A stretch of DNA of 63,207 nt, the filler included, from Octopus bimaculoides (Eukaryota), in NCBI RefSeq assembly GCF_001194135.2. It is 6 parts of 6 records of this genome, joined end to end, with 100 filler letters (N's around TTAATTAATTAA, not from the genome) between each part and the next. Parts side by side here need not be neighbours in the genome. Positions count along the whole stretch, not along the records: positions 1 to 18,963 come from NC_069002.1; positions 19,064 to 41,027 come from NC_068988.1; 4 more parts are not named here. The stretch is one strand, 5' to 3'. The notes beneath the pieces are model-generated. The model was not told the origin of the DNA. It ran no database searches and saw only the letters and a list, made by a program, of their open reading frames with translations. The position numbers were made by a program, and so were the translations under genes. Positions 13,817-27,030 of the stretch are shown one piece after another. Position 1 is the stretch's first letter; every line of letters begins with the position of its first letter.

Positions 13817-14399
13817 CTTAGACACGAACACGTACACCCACACACACAAAAACATTTATATACAGAACTGGAGAAAAAAGAGAAAACGGAAGATGCAAGA
13901 GGGAAACAAAGGAGAGACGATTAGATTGACATATCCACAGACAGATCTAATGAGAAACACTTGTGTTTTATTGATTCTAATGAATAGAAGGCATGATTTC
14001 ATTTATCAATCGACGAATGTGTTTCGAATTGCAAAATAGTAGTAACATTGTTCCAGTTAACATAGTATTGAACCGATGCAATACCGTCAATCTGGAATCA
14101 AATTATTAGATCTTCTTTGAATAAATATAGGTGTCCATTTTTGGACCCAATTCTCCATAGCTACTTTGACCCTCACAACTGCTTTTCATTGGACAATGGA
14201 ATCCCATTGAACAATGGGAAATCGGACCGTGTCAAATCCAAAGCATAAGACGCTTTTGCATCCTTTAGTTTCATCAAATACAGTGGTGCAATCGAAAGGT
14301 TTCGAGACTTTTTCAGGAAAGATATTTTTTCACCGTCTAATATCATTTTCACTTTCGTATGTCATTTCTATATATCCGATAATTTAACCTGCTGAATTT

Positions 14400-14960
14400 T
14401 CTTATTCCGGACTGAGGCAGACGGCTGGAACTGCACTTTCATCACACCGTTTATTTACTGCTTCTCACAGTTAACTAGCTTACAGAATGCGTTCTGGACG
14501 TGAAGACCATTTGGAAGCTGGCTATGAAATAAACCTTCGTAGTTAACTTGTGAAGTACTCCCCGACCGCTTATGTATTAATTAACATGGGTCGAAGATCT
14601 GTTTTTCGCTGGAGGCCAGAGAAAACAGATACACTGACAAGCTAACGATGGTCCACTTTCTGACAACAAGGGAATCAGCTACATCCACTGGCTCACCTCT
14701 GGTCACACAGTAAAATAATTATTTAGTGGAAGTTTTCAGAGAGTTCACAAAAGCCTTTCGTTGCAACAGTCCATAACTCTACTACACAAGTCGGTGATAC
14801 CTGCACCAAATCGATGCATCCGTCCCCAATTCCATTGTAGTAACAAACGTTTTGACAAAATTGAGCGTCAGGAATGCCCCTCGTACTTTCTAGAGCCTAG
14901 ATCTTGCTTCATGTTACTTTGCGTGTTTTCTAATCTCAGCGAGAAGTAGTAGAAGACTGT
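14400..14960 (+). mobile_element. Highly decayed mariner transposase remnant
   Basis: Frameshifted DNKGISYIHWLTSGHTV...YLHQIDASVPNSIVVTNVLTKL...SLDLASCYF parallels the mariner HW.P.G.TV, LHQDNA and SPDLAP motifs. Confidence 0.6.
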
Positions 14961-16046
14961 AATAACATCTTGAATTTGGAGACCTTAAACAGGCTTTTGC
15001 AGATTGGTTATAGAGCCACAGCGAAAAGAATTGAATCTGAGGTTCCTATTTTCAGGAGATAAGTGTTTTATACATGCTTGATATCAATAAATTTATTTCC
15101 TGAAAATATCTCAAATCTTGTGCAGTGCACCTTGTATATATGGTTACGCATAGTTATGGCAAATGGAGATCCTTATAAGTTTGACAAGGATCTCCATTTG
15201 TTTACTTTCTCCTAATAACTTAACTAAGTACTTTGTGTGAATGTAAAACTCCATGCTCATGACACAATTATTTGCCAAGACATCGAAATAAATGTGGCAT
15301 ATTCATCCAAGAAAAAGTGAATAAAAGGTGCCATACTGATTACTCACTCTGGAGTGTATTTGTACTTCAAGAGAATTTATGACGTCATTTCGTGGCTTGA
15401 TATTATTTACGGAACATGACGTTAGCCGGTGGGGATAAATGTGTCTACTGTAGTTGCAAATAGTTCCAGTACATCTGAGCTGACTTGCACATTTCTTTCC
15501 TATGTATCGTCTGCTAACTCTGGCATCAACAAATTTTCACACAATGTTGAGAACGACATTCTTCTAATTTTTCGACTAATGCGTAGTGACAAGTCCAGTA
15601 ATGCAAGAGGTTCAAGGATGTTGACTCCAAGGGAGTCATTTCTGTCATTCACTACTGCATCAAGTCAATAAACACAAATATACTTCCAAAGCATGTTCGT
15701 GTTTAATATTTGTTTCATTTTCTTTGGATTTCTTAAATGATCTGTGTATGCGAAGAGTGTCGATAGTGTGGTCCCCGTTAATGACATATTGATTTATGTA
15801 GAAGTACTCCTCAAACAAGCCTTCGTGGAAAATCAAAATGACATATCAATGCTTTTGATTAAAACGAATTATTACCTACCGTTAAGAGGAGCAAAAACTG
15901 GTGTCTTAGAAAGAAATGCAATTTCAACATGTGCAATTACAAGTGCCAACGTATGTTACTAGAAACGTTATGGCGGTTTATACGTTACTTTCTAATCAAT
16001 ATCACAATCACGCACACACACATATGTGTGTGTCTGTGTGTGTATG

Positions 16047-16080
<34 letters not shown>

Positions 16081-16102
16081 CGTGTGTGTGTGTATAAACA
16101 AG

Positions 16103-16150
<48 letters not shown>

Positions 16151-16912
16151 NNNNNNNNNNNNNNNNNNNNNNNNNNNNNNNNNNNNNNNNNNNNNNNNNN
16201 NNNNNNNNNNNNNNNNNNNNNNNNNNNNNNNNNNNNNNNNNNNNNNNNNNNNNNNNNNNNNNNNNNNNNNNNNNNNNNNNNNNNNNNNNNNNNNNNNNNN
16301 NNNNNNNNNNNNNNNNNNNNNNNNNNNNNNNNNNNNNNNNNNNNNNNNNNNNNNNNNNNNNNNNNNNNNNNNNNNNNNNNNNNNNNNNNNNNNNNNNNNN
16401 NNNNNNNNNNNNNNNNNNNNNNNNNNNNNNNNNNNNNNNNNNNNNNNNNNNNNNNNNNNNNNNNNNNNNNNNNNNNNNNNNNNNNNNNNNNNNNNNNNNN
16501 NNNNNNNNNNNNNNNNNNNNNNNNNNNNNNNNNNNNNNNNNNNNNNNNNNNNNNNNNNNTATTTATATATATGGGGGGGAGAGAGAGAGAGGAGAGAGAG
16601 AGAGAGTTTTATATATTACACAGAGATAGATATATAATCATATACAAAATTATGAGACGAATCACTGTTATTATAAATAACATTGTGAAAGATTAATGAT
16701 ATTGTATATGAGGTTAATGGCATACTTTAACGATATATATGATTAATGATATTCAGTATTCTTACTCCGTATTCTAAGAAACTGTATTGAAAAAAAAGCA
16801 TACGTTTTTTTAAAGGCCATAGGAATAGCTATGCAGCTAATTTGTATGTGTTGCTTCTTCTACGTGGGCGTGCGTATATGTTGCTGTTTACATGCATACA
16901 CGTACATACACA

Positions 16913-17031
<119 letters not shown>

Positions 17032-17339
17032 TATATTGGTACTTAGATTTATTGATGTATGTATATATTGTATCGATATATACATATATTTATTTATATG
17101 TGTACACAAAGCGACTTGTGTATGCATATATAAATGTGTATATGCTTACGTGTGCTTTCACATCATCTAAATTGTTCAGTCAATTTAAAACATATTGAAC
17201 GATATTTCGTTACTTTGATCTGAAAAGCCAAAGAATATACACATATAGAGGAAAACACCTTTTTTAATTAAAAGGAAATTACAATTTTACAACGTATGCT
17301 GACCTAAATGCAAAGACACACACATGACATATATATATA

Positions 17340-17700
17340 TATTTCATGTGGGTGTCTTTATATATAATACAGAATGGGACAAGAACGCAGAACATCAAGA
17401 CAGTTAGGTGATACAAGAAAGGGACAACAAAACATCCAGATAGACGATACAGAGAAAACACGGACAGGTCATTCGGAGTTTTCCCTCTTCGGTCGAGATC
17501 CAGCTTATCCTTGCAATTTCAGCTGGCTATTCTCGATATTGCTCCAATTTGGCCAGCTCCAAGGAAAAACTAAGCCAAGAGCATTAGATTTCTTGGAAGA
17601 AAGCAGCGAATGTAAACAAAAACAAGGACGGAAAAAACGAACAATGTTACACAAATACAGTAGGAATAATAACAAGACAAAACAACAGTCTTTCGACTAA
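17340..17700. repeat. Interspersed repeat recognised from octopus DNA (possibly Penelope terminal region)
   Basis: Recognition of the GGACAGGTCATTCGGAGTTTTCC...GCTCCAATTTGGCCAGC...AAGAGCAT motif string; the class is uncertain. Confidence 0.4.
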
Positions 17701-17804
17701 GGACGAATAGAATTAAGCTGGCGTATGTAGTATCTATTGGTTTCATTTGAAATATCAGTGAAAAGTTATTTCTTAACAAGACATGCAGTAACATATCTAC
17801 TTAT

Positions 17805-17970
17805 AGTCACAAAGCTTGAAATTTGGCGGAAGTGAGCTATTCGATTTCATTCACTTATTTCCGAAAGGACGAAAGACAATGTCAACCCCCGGCGGAATTC
17901 GAGCTCAGAGCGTATCGGCAGTCGAAATACCGCTAAGCATTTCGCCTGGTTTGCTAACGGTTCGGCCAGT
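17805..17970 (+). mobile_element. SINE-like interspersed repeat
   Basis: CCGAAAGGACGAAAGAC...GGCGGAATTCGAGCTCAGAGCG...TACCGCTAAGCATTTCGCC; a related partial copy lies at about 33390-33440. Confidence 0.6.
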
Positions 17971-18141
17971 TTGTCACTTTAGCAAGACATATAATAGCGT
18001 TATCAATAATTAGTTTACTGGTAGCTAATTGCGATCACTCTTCATGGCCCCAATATGAAAATCTGTATACATTGTGATAAAGCGGGCTGATAGAAATAAC
18101 AAAACGTCTCATGAAGAGTCTTTTACTATTTCGGTATGCAG

Positions 18142-18210
18142 TGACCGTGAGAAAGGTCCTGTCATGCATGAATGCTGCACTGTACACTGGCTAGATTATT
18201 CCCATGTCCC
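18142..18210 (+). CDS. Candidate exon (DREKGPVMHECCTVHWLDYSHV-P), phase 2 to 2
   Basis: Acceptor TTTTACTATTTCGGTATGCAG, donor GTGAGC at 18211, 69-nt open frame compatible with both neighbours. It is symmetric, so phase does not prove inclusion. Confidence 0.4.
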
Positions 18211-18926
18211 GTGAGCAAGCTGTGGCCGCCTTCGCAATGACTTGTATGTCTGCTATTCAATTGGGACGACATATATTGTGTGATAACTATAAACATATAG
18301 ATATGTGTACACTCACACACATATATANNNNNNNNNNNNNNNNNNNNNNNNNNNNNNNNNNNNNNNNNNNNNNNNNNNNNNNNNNNNNNNNNNNNNNNNN
18401 NNNNNNNNNNNNNNNNNNNNNNNNNNNNNNNNNNNNNNNNNNNNNNNATATATACAATATAGTTAGATGATAGATATGTATATGTATGTATTTATATTTA
18501 TATATGTGCATGTATATATATATATATATATATATATATGCCATCAAGCTATATCTGTGTGTGTGTGCATAGAAATAGACAGACAGTGATAGATAGATAG
18601 AAAGATAGATAGAGAGAGAGAGAGTTACATTGACAGAAAGCTACATAGACGGAGACATAGCAGAATAGAAAGTCAGAATAAGAAAGAGAGAGAAAAGGAT
18701 GGAAATACATTTCTGAGTTTGTACTTGGTTTTGTTAATGTATAACGTTTCATAAAAAGCAGGCTCATATTTATTTATTTTGACATATTTCTTCATAGTGT
18801 CTTTCAGAGTTAACTAGGCTGGACATAAGCAAAGACTAAAAATGGAACTCAGTTATTCAGTGTCCTATAACGTCAGTAAAAGTACTTCGATAATGGTCTA
18901 CGCATTTGCTTACGCGCAAACAGGCA

Positions 18927-18963
<37 letters not shown>

Positions 18964-20244
18964 NNNNNNNNNNNNNNNNNNNNNNNNNNNNNNNNNNNNN
19001 NNNNNNNTTAATTAATTAANNNNNNNNNNNNNNNNNNNNNNNNNNNNNNNNNNNNNNNNNNNNGCTGAAGTATTGATTGGTATTTATATAAGTGACACAA
19101 CTGAAGCCATGAGCAATGCCATGTTGACAGGTAACATAACAGCAAATAGTTAGTATCTGTAGCCACCTGTTGTTGTTACTTAAACCCAGACAAGGCTTCA
19201 ACCCTCTCGTTACCGTATTTATTTTGAGATTCTCTGTGTTTCTTTCAATTACTTTAAATATAACAAAGAATTAAGTAAAATAACTTAGTTATCATTCAGT
19301 TAGTGTTAGGAACATATATTGTGACTAAGGTTTGATAGAAGATCTTAATTCAAAACTTATGAAATCAAGACATTTATACTCAGAGCCAGAGCCGGTTTCA
19401 GCTGGGTTGGTAACGAAAGCATTAATCAAACAGAACTGTGACTGAAAGCATTCCAGTCACGACCATCCTGTCATTTTAGGGTTTATGTTGCTCCTCCAAA
19501 CTGTATTGTTCAGTGATTATATAAAACAGCTAGGTGTGATTTGAGGGAGATTTGTCTGTTATTTCTAGCCAGTTGTGCAGCCATGTTAGAGGCTTGTGTC
19601 ACTGATGAAATTGTTAATAATGTGAAGGAGAGTGGAAAAGATGAAAGAGTAGAGTCAATAAAATAGAATGAGTTTGTAATCCAAAGAAGAACTATAAGAC
19701 ATCATAAAAAAAAAGTTGTGTGCATGTAGGGGGGAGGGAGAGAATATTTTCAGAGGTGAAGACAGTCCAATATCTTTGATCTTCCTCAAAAACTGTTAGT
19801 GGGGAATCGGATTGGGGGGGGGGGCGCATGTTTCTTCTCGTTCCTGTTTCGTTCCAACAATTTTTAATATCCATTGTTTCATGCAAGCATAGGATTCGAT
19901 GGTTCTACAAATTCAAATATTCCTCCAGTTTAAGTCAATGTGAACATATTTAAAATCACACTTGTAGTAAAAAGAGAAGGAAAAAAAATGCAAATTGTTA
20001 GCATAATGATTAATTCTGGTTTAGAAAAACAAGAGAGACAATCTTGAAATCTGAATTAAATAAAAATAATTAAAGATAAGAATGTAGTCAAATAAAAAGA
20101 AGTGATTGAATGGTGGACAATTTCAGACATGTTTCAGTTTTATTAAAACACTTCAGTGACTTTAGTCAGATCTCTGGAGAACGATATAGTCTTCATCACA
20201 TGCAAATTTAGATGTATACATACATGCATATAAATATGTGTGTC

Positions 20245-20480
20245 CGGCATCCAGGCAACAGCCTCCTTTGAAGACATCTGCAGGACAAGAAAAAAGTGGT
20301 GAAAAACAAGGATGCTACAACCGAACTTGACCAGCCCACCTTGACTTGCAGCCTCTATGGTCATGTGTTTATCTTGGAACTGATTAGTTAAGCATCAGTA
20401 AGCCTGCAACAGTCATGGGCATCCCTCTGTAAATCTTTGCTACAAGGCCAAGCCAAGAAGAAGCTATAGTCATCATCACC
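20245..20480 (+). mobile_element. RTE LINE 3' tail remnant with single degenerate zinc finger
   Basis: PTLTCSLYGHVF... resembles the RTE terminal CxxC...H motif. Confidence 0.5.
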
Positions 20481-20501
20481 ATATATAATGTGTATGTATG
20501 T

Positions 20502-20583
<82 letters not shown>

Positions 20584-20628
20584 TTATTTCGTTTTGGGAT
20601 TCTGTGAGTTTCTGTATTGAAGCATACT

Positions 20629-20812
20629 TTGTTGTGTCTGGAGAGTGTCATTCTCTTTTAGTGCCTTATTATTTAACACACTCACTGGTAAAGTTTCCAC
20701 TCATTTACTTATTTATTTTTCCTAAAATTTTTATTGCGTCTTGCAACCTTTACCAGTGAGTGTGTTAAATAATAAGGCACTAAAGGAGAATGACTCTCCC
20801 CAGACACAACAA
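20629..20812. mobile_element. Fold-back MITE-like element, 65-bp inverted arms
   Basis: 20629-20693 is the reverse complement of 20748-20812 with about 3 differences. Confidence 0.85.
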
Positions 20813-22765
20813 TATAAATCTATATATAGAGAGAGTTAGCAGCTGTAGTAGCTGACTAAGGGATAAAATATCTGTATGTACTATCAGCATCCGTTACCTG
20901 TGTTATCCCTGGGCAATGGTGTGCAGGGACACCATATACACCGAGCGCAAGTGACAATAGGATAAACAAAAGTTTATCAGGAACCAATGCAAATAATAAG
21001 AAAAATGGAGAAAAACATAGATTAACCAGTACATCGATAGGACCACACTTAAAGCTTATTTATTAATACAAAGTAAGACATAACAAAGCTAACAGCTGTT
21101 TCAAATCAAAATTCCCAGAATGCAGTCGATACATAAATGCGAGAACAAAATTCTTCATTTTCATAGGGTATTCGAATTAAGGCAACCAATCTTCATCAGA
21201 GAGAAAAACAAGAGCATATGATATAAACAAAAGGGAGAAGGAAGAGGTAAGAAAACATGGTTTAGACGAATAGTCTAAAAGGCCAAAATGTTAAGTACAC
21301 ATAATTATTTACCATCTGGGCTCAAAGAATGTAGATGAGAGAATGAGCTGTTAAAGGACTAGGGAATTCTACAAGTTATTAACGGGAGAGTACAGTTAAG
21401 AGGTGGGGTCAGGGTGTCAAAGGACACCCTGACCCCACCCCAAGGTAAACTATTTGGACCTGATATGGCTGGTTTAAATGCTAAAGGATTAAAGTAGCTG
21501 GTGTTAGGAAGGACATCTGACTGTAGAAACCGTACTGAGACTGAAATGCTGGAGCAAGATATGGTCCTTCCACCTGTTGGATCTGATCAAATCGTCCAAC
21601 CCATGCCAGTATGGGGAAGTGGATGTAAAATGATGACAAAGTTTCAACGCGGTTTCCATCTACAAAATTTTATTCAACAGACCATTAGTTGACCTGAGGT
21701 TAAAGAAAAGAGATGGGGGGAGGGGGAAAGAAAGCTTTTTAACTGATGGGCAATGCTTGAGCCAACATCAGACCAATTGTTAAAATTTGTTTCAACAGTT
21801 ACATCTTGCTTAAATAATGTGAAAACACCGCCATCACTGCCGACACCATCTACAACCAATAACAACAACAACAACAACAGCAACAACAACATTCTGAAAT
21901 GATAATGTCTTTCCTGATTTTAGTGGCATTATGAGGGAACAAAAGAGAGAATTATTGTCACTGTTCCTAATTATTGTCACTGCTGCTAATTATTAATTTA
22001 ATAACGTTATGGTGTCAAGACGGAAAGGAATTTGACCTAAAATTAAAATGGAGGAAGTGAAAAATAAAAATAAAAAGAAGCAAACAAAACCAAAGAATCA
22101 GAGCAACAAACAATATTTTTTAATAGAGATATAATATTTTATTTTAAATCTTACGGCAATGGGAAACCTACAATTAGTGGCATTATGAATATGGCAGCAG
22201 CAGTGGTGGTGGTGGTGATAGTAATGGTGGTGGTGGCAGTTTTGGTGCTGGTTTTAAAACTGATATATACTGAGAGAATGAATGAATTAAATAATTAATA
22301 ATTATCAAACTAATGAGTTAACAGTAGATTTAGGAACTGAAATAATCTGTATTGACAGAAAGAAAGAAAAGGGAGGGCGAGAGAGAAGAGGGAAAGAGAA
22401 AAGAGAGAGAAAAGGAAGGAACAAAGCAAGAAGGGAAAAAGAAGCAGAGAGAGGGGGGGGTAGAAAAGAGAGAAAAGCAAAGAGAGAGGGAGAACTTGAG
22501 AGAAAAAAAGAGAGCAAGAGAGAGGCAAAGAGAGAGACAGGGTTGTAAAAGGAGAAAAGCAGAGAAATAGAGGGAGAGAGAGTTATAAAGATAGAAAGAA
22601 AACTAGAGAGAAGGAGAGAGAGAGAGAGAGATGCAAAGACAGAAAGACATAATAACGAGAATCAGTGAAATTCATAGAGAAATAGAGGAAGGAAGGAAGG
22701 TAGATAGATAGATAGAGAAAGAGAGCTAGAAAGCTAGTGAGATAGAGAAACAGGGAGAGAGAGCT

Positions 22766-22802
<37 letters not shown>

Positions 22803-22949
22803 GTAGATATGAACAGCCTGTTAGTTAAATCTCCACTTCAGTGTTTTATGATTCATCACAAAAAACTCAATTCCAGTTGACACAACTTTTAGAGTTTATT
22901 GGGTCTTTAGGATAATTAAAGTAGTTCCCACCACCACCATCACCATCAG

Positions 22950-23005
<56 letters not shown>

Positions 23006-23029
23006 GAAAGAGAGAGAAAGAGAGAGAGA

Positions 23030-23070
<41 letters not shown>

Positions 23071-23196
23071 GACAACTAAAGTCAGAGACAGGCAGAGATG
23101 GGCATTGAATCTGCGCTACCATCAAAGCAAATGACTACTTTGGTGGGTGGCAATGTTGCTGTTGTTACTGCTGAAAGTGTACCAAGCAGTCAGTGG

Positions 23197-23420
23197 GAGG
23201 TGTGTAGCTCAGTGGTTAGGGTGTTGGACTCATGATTGTAAGATTGAGGTTTCGATTCCTGGACTGGGTGACACGTAGTATCCTTGAGCAAGACACTTCA
23301 TTTCACATTGCTCCAGTCCACTCAGCTGGCAAAAATGAGTAATCCTGCGACGGACTGGGGTCCCATCCATGTGGGGGGATATATACGCCATGGAAACCAG
23401 GAAACTAGCCCTTAGGAGTT
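23197..23420 (+). mobile_element. tRNA-derived SINE
   Basis: A-box-like TAGCTCAGTGG and B-box-like GGTTTCGATTCC, followed by the non-tRNA body TTGAGCAAGACACTTCATTTCAC; body related to about 58820-58900 on the opposite strand. Confidence 0.8.
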
Positions 23421-23429
23421 AGCTTAACA

Positions 23430-24060
23430 AGCAGTCATACTGCGTATGCTGCGAGACTTGTATGGTTTACAAACATCATGCAAAAAAGCTAAACCATTTC
23501 AACATAAACTGCCTGAGAAAGCTGTTGAAAATCACCTGGCAAGGTAAGGTCCCAAATATGAAGGTCCTCTTTGGATCGGATCTGCCAAGCAGTTACACAC
23601 TGCTGAGGAGAGCACAAGTCATGAGGGAAGGCCAGCTTGTTTGAATGCTAGACATGTGACTCCCTAAGAACCTGTTTTACAGTGAACTGTCAGAAGGCAT
23701 GCGCACACAAGGTGGACAGAAAAAGCACTTCAAGGACACACCCAGAGCCTCACTGAAGAACTTTGAGATCAGCCCTAACATCTGAGAAACACAAGCATAA
23801 GACTGCCCCTGCCTAGCGAAAATGCACCAATGGAGGTGCCACCGCTTACAAATAGAACAGGATTGCAGGAGTACAAAAAAAAAAGAAGCAAACTATGCAA
23901 GTCTAGTGTCTACTCATTGTCTTCAGTCTTGACAGTCCACCAGTGCCTGACCTGCAGCAGAGTTTTCCAAGCAAACATCAGACTGATTGGCCGCAGCAGG
24001 ACACCCTGAGCTCTATCTTTTGCCATGTGATGTCTTTGGTCATTGTTGACAACAACAGAC
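23430..24060 (+). mobile_element. Decayed RTE (BovB-like) LINE 3' end
   Basis: YKHHAKKLNHFNINCLRKLLKITWQGKVPN...LPKNLFYSELSEG...QCLTCSRVF, with a single terminal finger. Confidence 0.85.
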
Positions 24061-24454
24061 ATAATAATGGTTGTTTGTTCCCAGGTCAGCTCTGTTCCAG
24101 CAGACTAATGATCGAAGACATTCCATTTGTGACCATCTCATGGTTTTGTATATAAGGCACAACACATAACAATGTATTACGCCTGATATACAAAACTCAA
24201 AATCACATGATTGGGAAGCATGCTCCTGGAGACAGTCATACACACACACACACATGCACATACAAATATTGCTGTCATTTAACCCATAGTAAGGATGGGT
24301 TAAAGTACCCATGTATAAGCAGAACAAGTGTTATGTTTATGGTGGTAAACTTCTGAGCCATTGTTCAGAAGGTTAATATCTTCCAGACTCTTGACTTCTG
24401 TCTTTAGAGTAAAAAAAAAAAGAAAAAAGAAAAAAAAGAGAGACAGAAGGCTGC

Positions 24455-24880
24455 AGGTATGGTTATGTGATGAAGAAGCCTTGCTTTGTAAGCATGTGAT
24501 TTTGGGTTCAGTCCTACCATGTGGCTCCTTGGCCAAATGTCTTACTATAGCCCCAGGCTGACCATTGTCTTGTGAGTGAATTTGGTAGATGGAAACTGTG
24601 TGGAAGCTCGTCATGTATGTACACAAACAAACACATATATATATATTGATGTGTGTGTGTGTGTGCTTTTGAGTTTGTTCCACCTACCTACTACTTGACA
24701 ACCAGTGTTAGTTTGTTTGCATCCCTGTAACTTAGCAGTTCAGTAAAAAGAGATTGTTAGAAAAAGTACCAGATTGAAAAAACCTAAGTACAAGGGGGTG
24801 AGTTGCTCAAATGAACCCCTTCAAGGTGGTACCCCAGCATAGTCTCAGTCCAACAACTGAAACAAATAAAAGACAAAAAG
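24455..24880 (+). mobile_element. Composite tRNA-derived SINE (family B)
   Basis: Head TTGGGTTCAGTCCTACC...GTCTTACTATAG, internal microsatellite, tail ACTTGACAACC...GGTACCCCAGCAT. Related copies lie at about 8060-8280, 29745-29905, 30500-30720, 30800-30960, 34030-34160 and 58920-59990. Confidence 0.8.
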
Positions 24881-25083
24881 AAATAAAAGATCTAAACAAT
24901 ATCATCATCATCATCGTTGTCGTTTAATGTCTGCTTTCCAATGCCAGCATGGGTTGGATGGTTTGACATGGAGCAAGCTAGCCAGGGAACCGTCCAGACT
25001 CCAACTGTCTGTTGTGACATGAGCCAGAAGTTTGTGAGTAAAAAAATAAACATGTCAGTAAAACTACATTTAACATCGCTGTT

Positions 25084-25201
25084 TCAATAGACATTGCAGA
25101 TAAACCACAGGCTTTTTTCTGCAGGATTAAACCTGGGGCAGCCGGATTGGTTTTGATTAGTGATTGCCATATCATTGACTGAGCATCTGTTTGCGTTCAC
25201 C
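25084..25201 (-). CDS. Candidate terminal coding exon of minus-strand gene (VNANRCSVNDMAITNQNQSGCPRFNPAEKSLWFICNVY*)
   Basis: Acceptor GCTTGTTTCCTCTCTAG, phase 2, 38 open codons to TGA, Cys-patterned. Confidence 0.45.
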
Positions 25202-25369
25202 CTAGAGAGGAAACAAGCAGCTTACAATGAGTAGCATGTAATGGTTTTTACTCTTTGCGTATATAAGTACATTCCCTGGCAGAGCGTATAAATTTAAAAA
25301 AGAAACAAAAGAGAGGTGAACTAAATCACAGAGAGATGGGGGAGGAGGAGAGAGGAGCGTGTGGATAAC

Positions 25370-26215
25370 TTGTCAAGTTTACATGTGCATATTAGCGATG
25401 AACAAACACAATTATGTACAGCTAATCTGTGAAAAAGTTTACATATGAATGTTTAATAAATATGCTTATATTTAATATACAAAGTGTTGCGCTGATAACT
25501 TGTGAATATGTTAACATAAGAAGCATATTTGATAAACATATGCAACGGTGCACAGATAACTTGCGAATATGCTCCCACACCCAAGTAAATCATGAATCTG
25601 ATGTGTTTTAGTAAGGTCAAGTCAAGTCGTTTACATGTTGTGTATGTTTAATGAACAAACAATGAGATATATGTAAACTGTGAAAAAGTTTACATACGTA
25701 CGTTTAATAAAGTACACCTCTATTTAATATACACAGAGTCGTGTACATAGCTTGTGAATATGTTCACTCAAGTATATTAAGTAACCATACACAGTGGCGC
25801 ATAAATATACTGTGAATACACTCACATATGTAAGTAAATCGGGAACAATTTTTTTTGGGGGTGGATAAGAAAACTGCAAATCTAATTTTTAGACAGAAAA
25901 ACTGTGAATCTATTAACTTTTTTTACTAAGAAAGCTGTGAATTTATTAATCGTGGACAGAGAAAACTGTGCATATATAAGTCTAATATTTCTTTGGACTA
26001 AGAAGATTTGTGAATTTAAGATTTTTTTTTAGTAAGAAAACTGTAAATATAATATATTTTTCACAACAAAATGTGTGAATCTATTACTTTTTTGATAAAC
26101 TGTAATGCTAATAATTTTTTTTTTAAACCAAGAAAACTGTAAATCTAATATCTTTAAACCAAAGAACTGTGAATCTAAATCTAATAACTTTAAAACTAAG
26201 AAAACTGTAAATCAA
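25370..26215. repeat. Diverged tandem duplication (about 240 bp x2) followed by degenerate AAGAAAACTGTGAATCT minisatellite
   Basis: Shared blocks CTGTGAAAAAGTTTACATA and CTTGTGAATATGTT occur in both copies; AAAACTGT(G/A)AAT recurs from about 25865 to 26215. Confidence 0.75.
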
Positions 26216-26972
26216 ATATATTTTCATACTTGCTTCATACAGATATTTTATGAAACACATCATTGCTGCTTTAACATTTATTTTTCCACGCTTGCATGAG
26301 TAGGATGGAATTCACTGAGGCAAACTTTTCGTGGTTAGATGCCCTTCCTGTGGCTAACTCTCACCTGCTTCCAAGCAATTTTCATGGCGATGCCTTTATT
26401 TCAATGTTTTATATTCCATGTCAGTCCATGTCTTCTCCAATGTATAGGCCTTTTGATTTCCATTTGGTGCATACATGTAAAAAATTTTCTTAGCTTGTTG
26501 CTGATGCTTTGTGGGAGTCTTTTGACTCTGTTGCCCCAATGAAATTCCTTACACACATGCATACACAAACTCTGACACACAGATACACACACATTCAGTA
26601 TGAGTAATACACACATACAGAAAAAGAGTGAGAGAAAGTGTGGTAAATATATATAGAGAGAGGGGAAGTTTACAGTGAGAAAAGCATATATGAAAGAGAT
26701 AGACAAATAGAGACATCTTTTCTCTTACTGTTACAGATTTTGAAATCAAAGGAAAATTTTCAAATTTGGTGAATTGATGTACATTTTCATGCTGAATCTA
26801 ATTTTGTTTTTTCATTTATTCCAGAAATATTTTAGAAAAATTTTACAGAAGTTTAAAGTTTGAAATTTTTTACCCAATCAGAAAACAGGATTTGGAAGCT
26901 AGAATTTTCTGCACAAAATGAAAGTGAACATTACAACAAAGAAGTTTAAAACGAAATGAAGGCAATTACAAG

Positions 26973-27030
<58 letters not shown>

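Noticed and set aside
19008-19019. TTAATTAATTAA islands inside N runs (also about 41072, 54901, 56349, 60162)
   Set aside because: Identical 12-mer with stops in all six frames, centred in gaps: an assembly gap filler, not biology.
21090-21200. Possible hammerhead ribozyme in a Penelope-associated repeat (also near 11617 and 17690)
   Set aside because: The catalytic core is degenerate (CCCTATGAA instead of CTGATGA, or GAAA missing) and the stems are not supportable by eye.
23197-23270. tRNA-like heads (also 36960 and 58740)
   Set aside because: No complete acceptor stem, and each continues into a repeated SINE body; not tRNA genes.
25370-25840. Decayed C2H2 zinc-finger array (CEK/CEY echoes)
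   Set aside because: Periodicity is about 60 and 240 bp rather than the 84 bp expected, and His ligands and linkers are missing.
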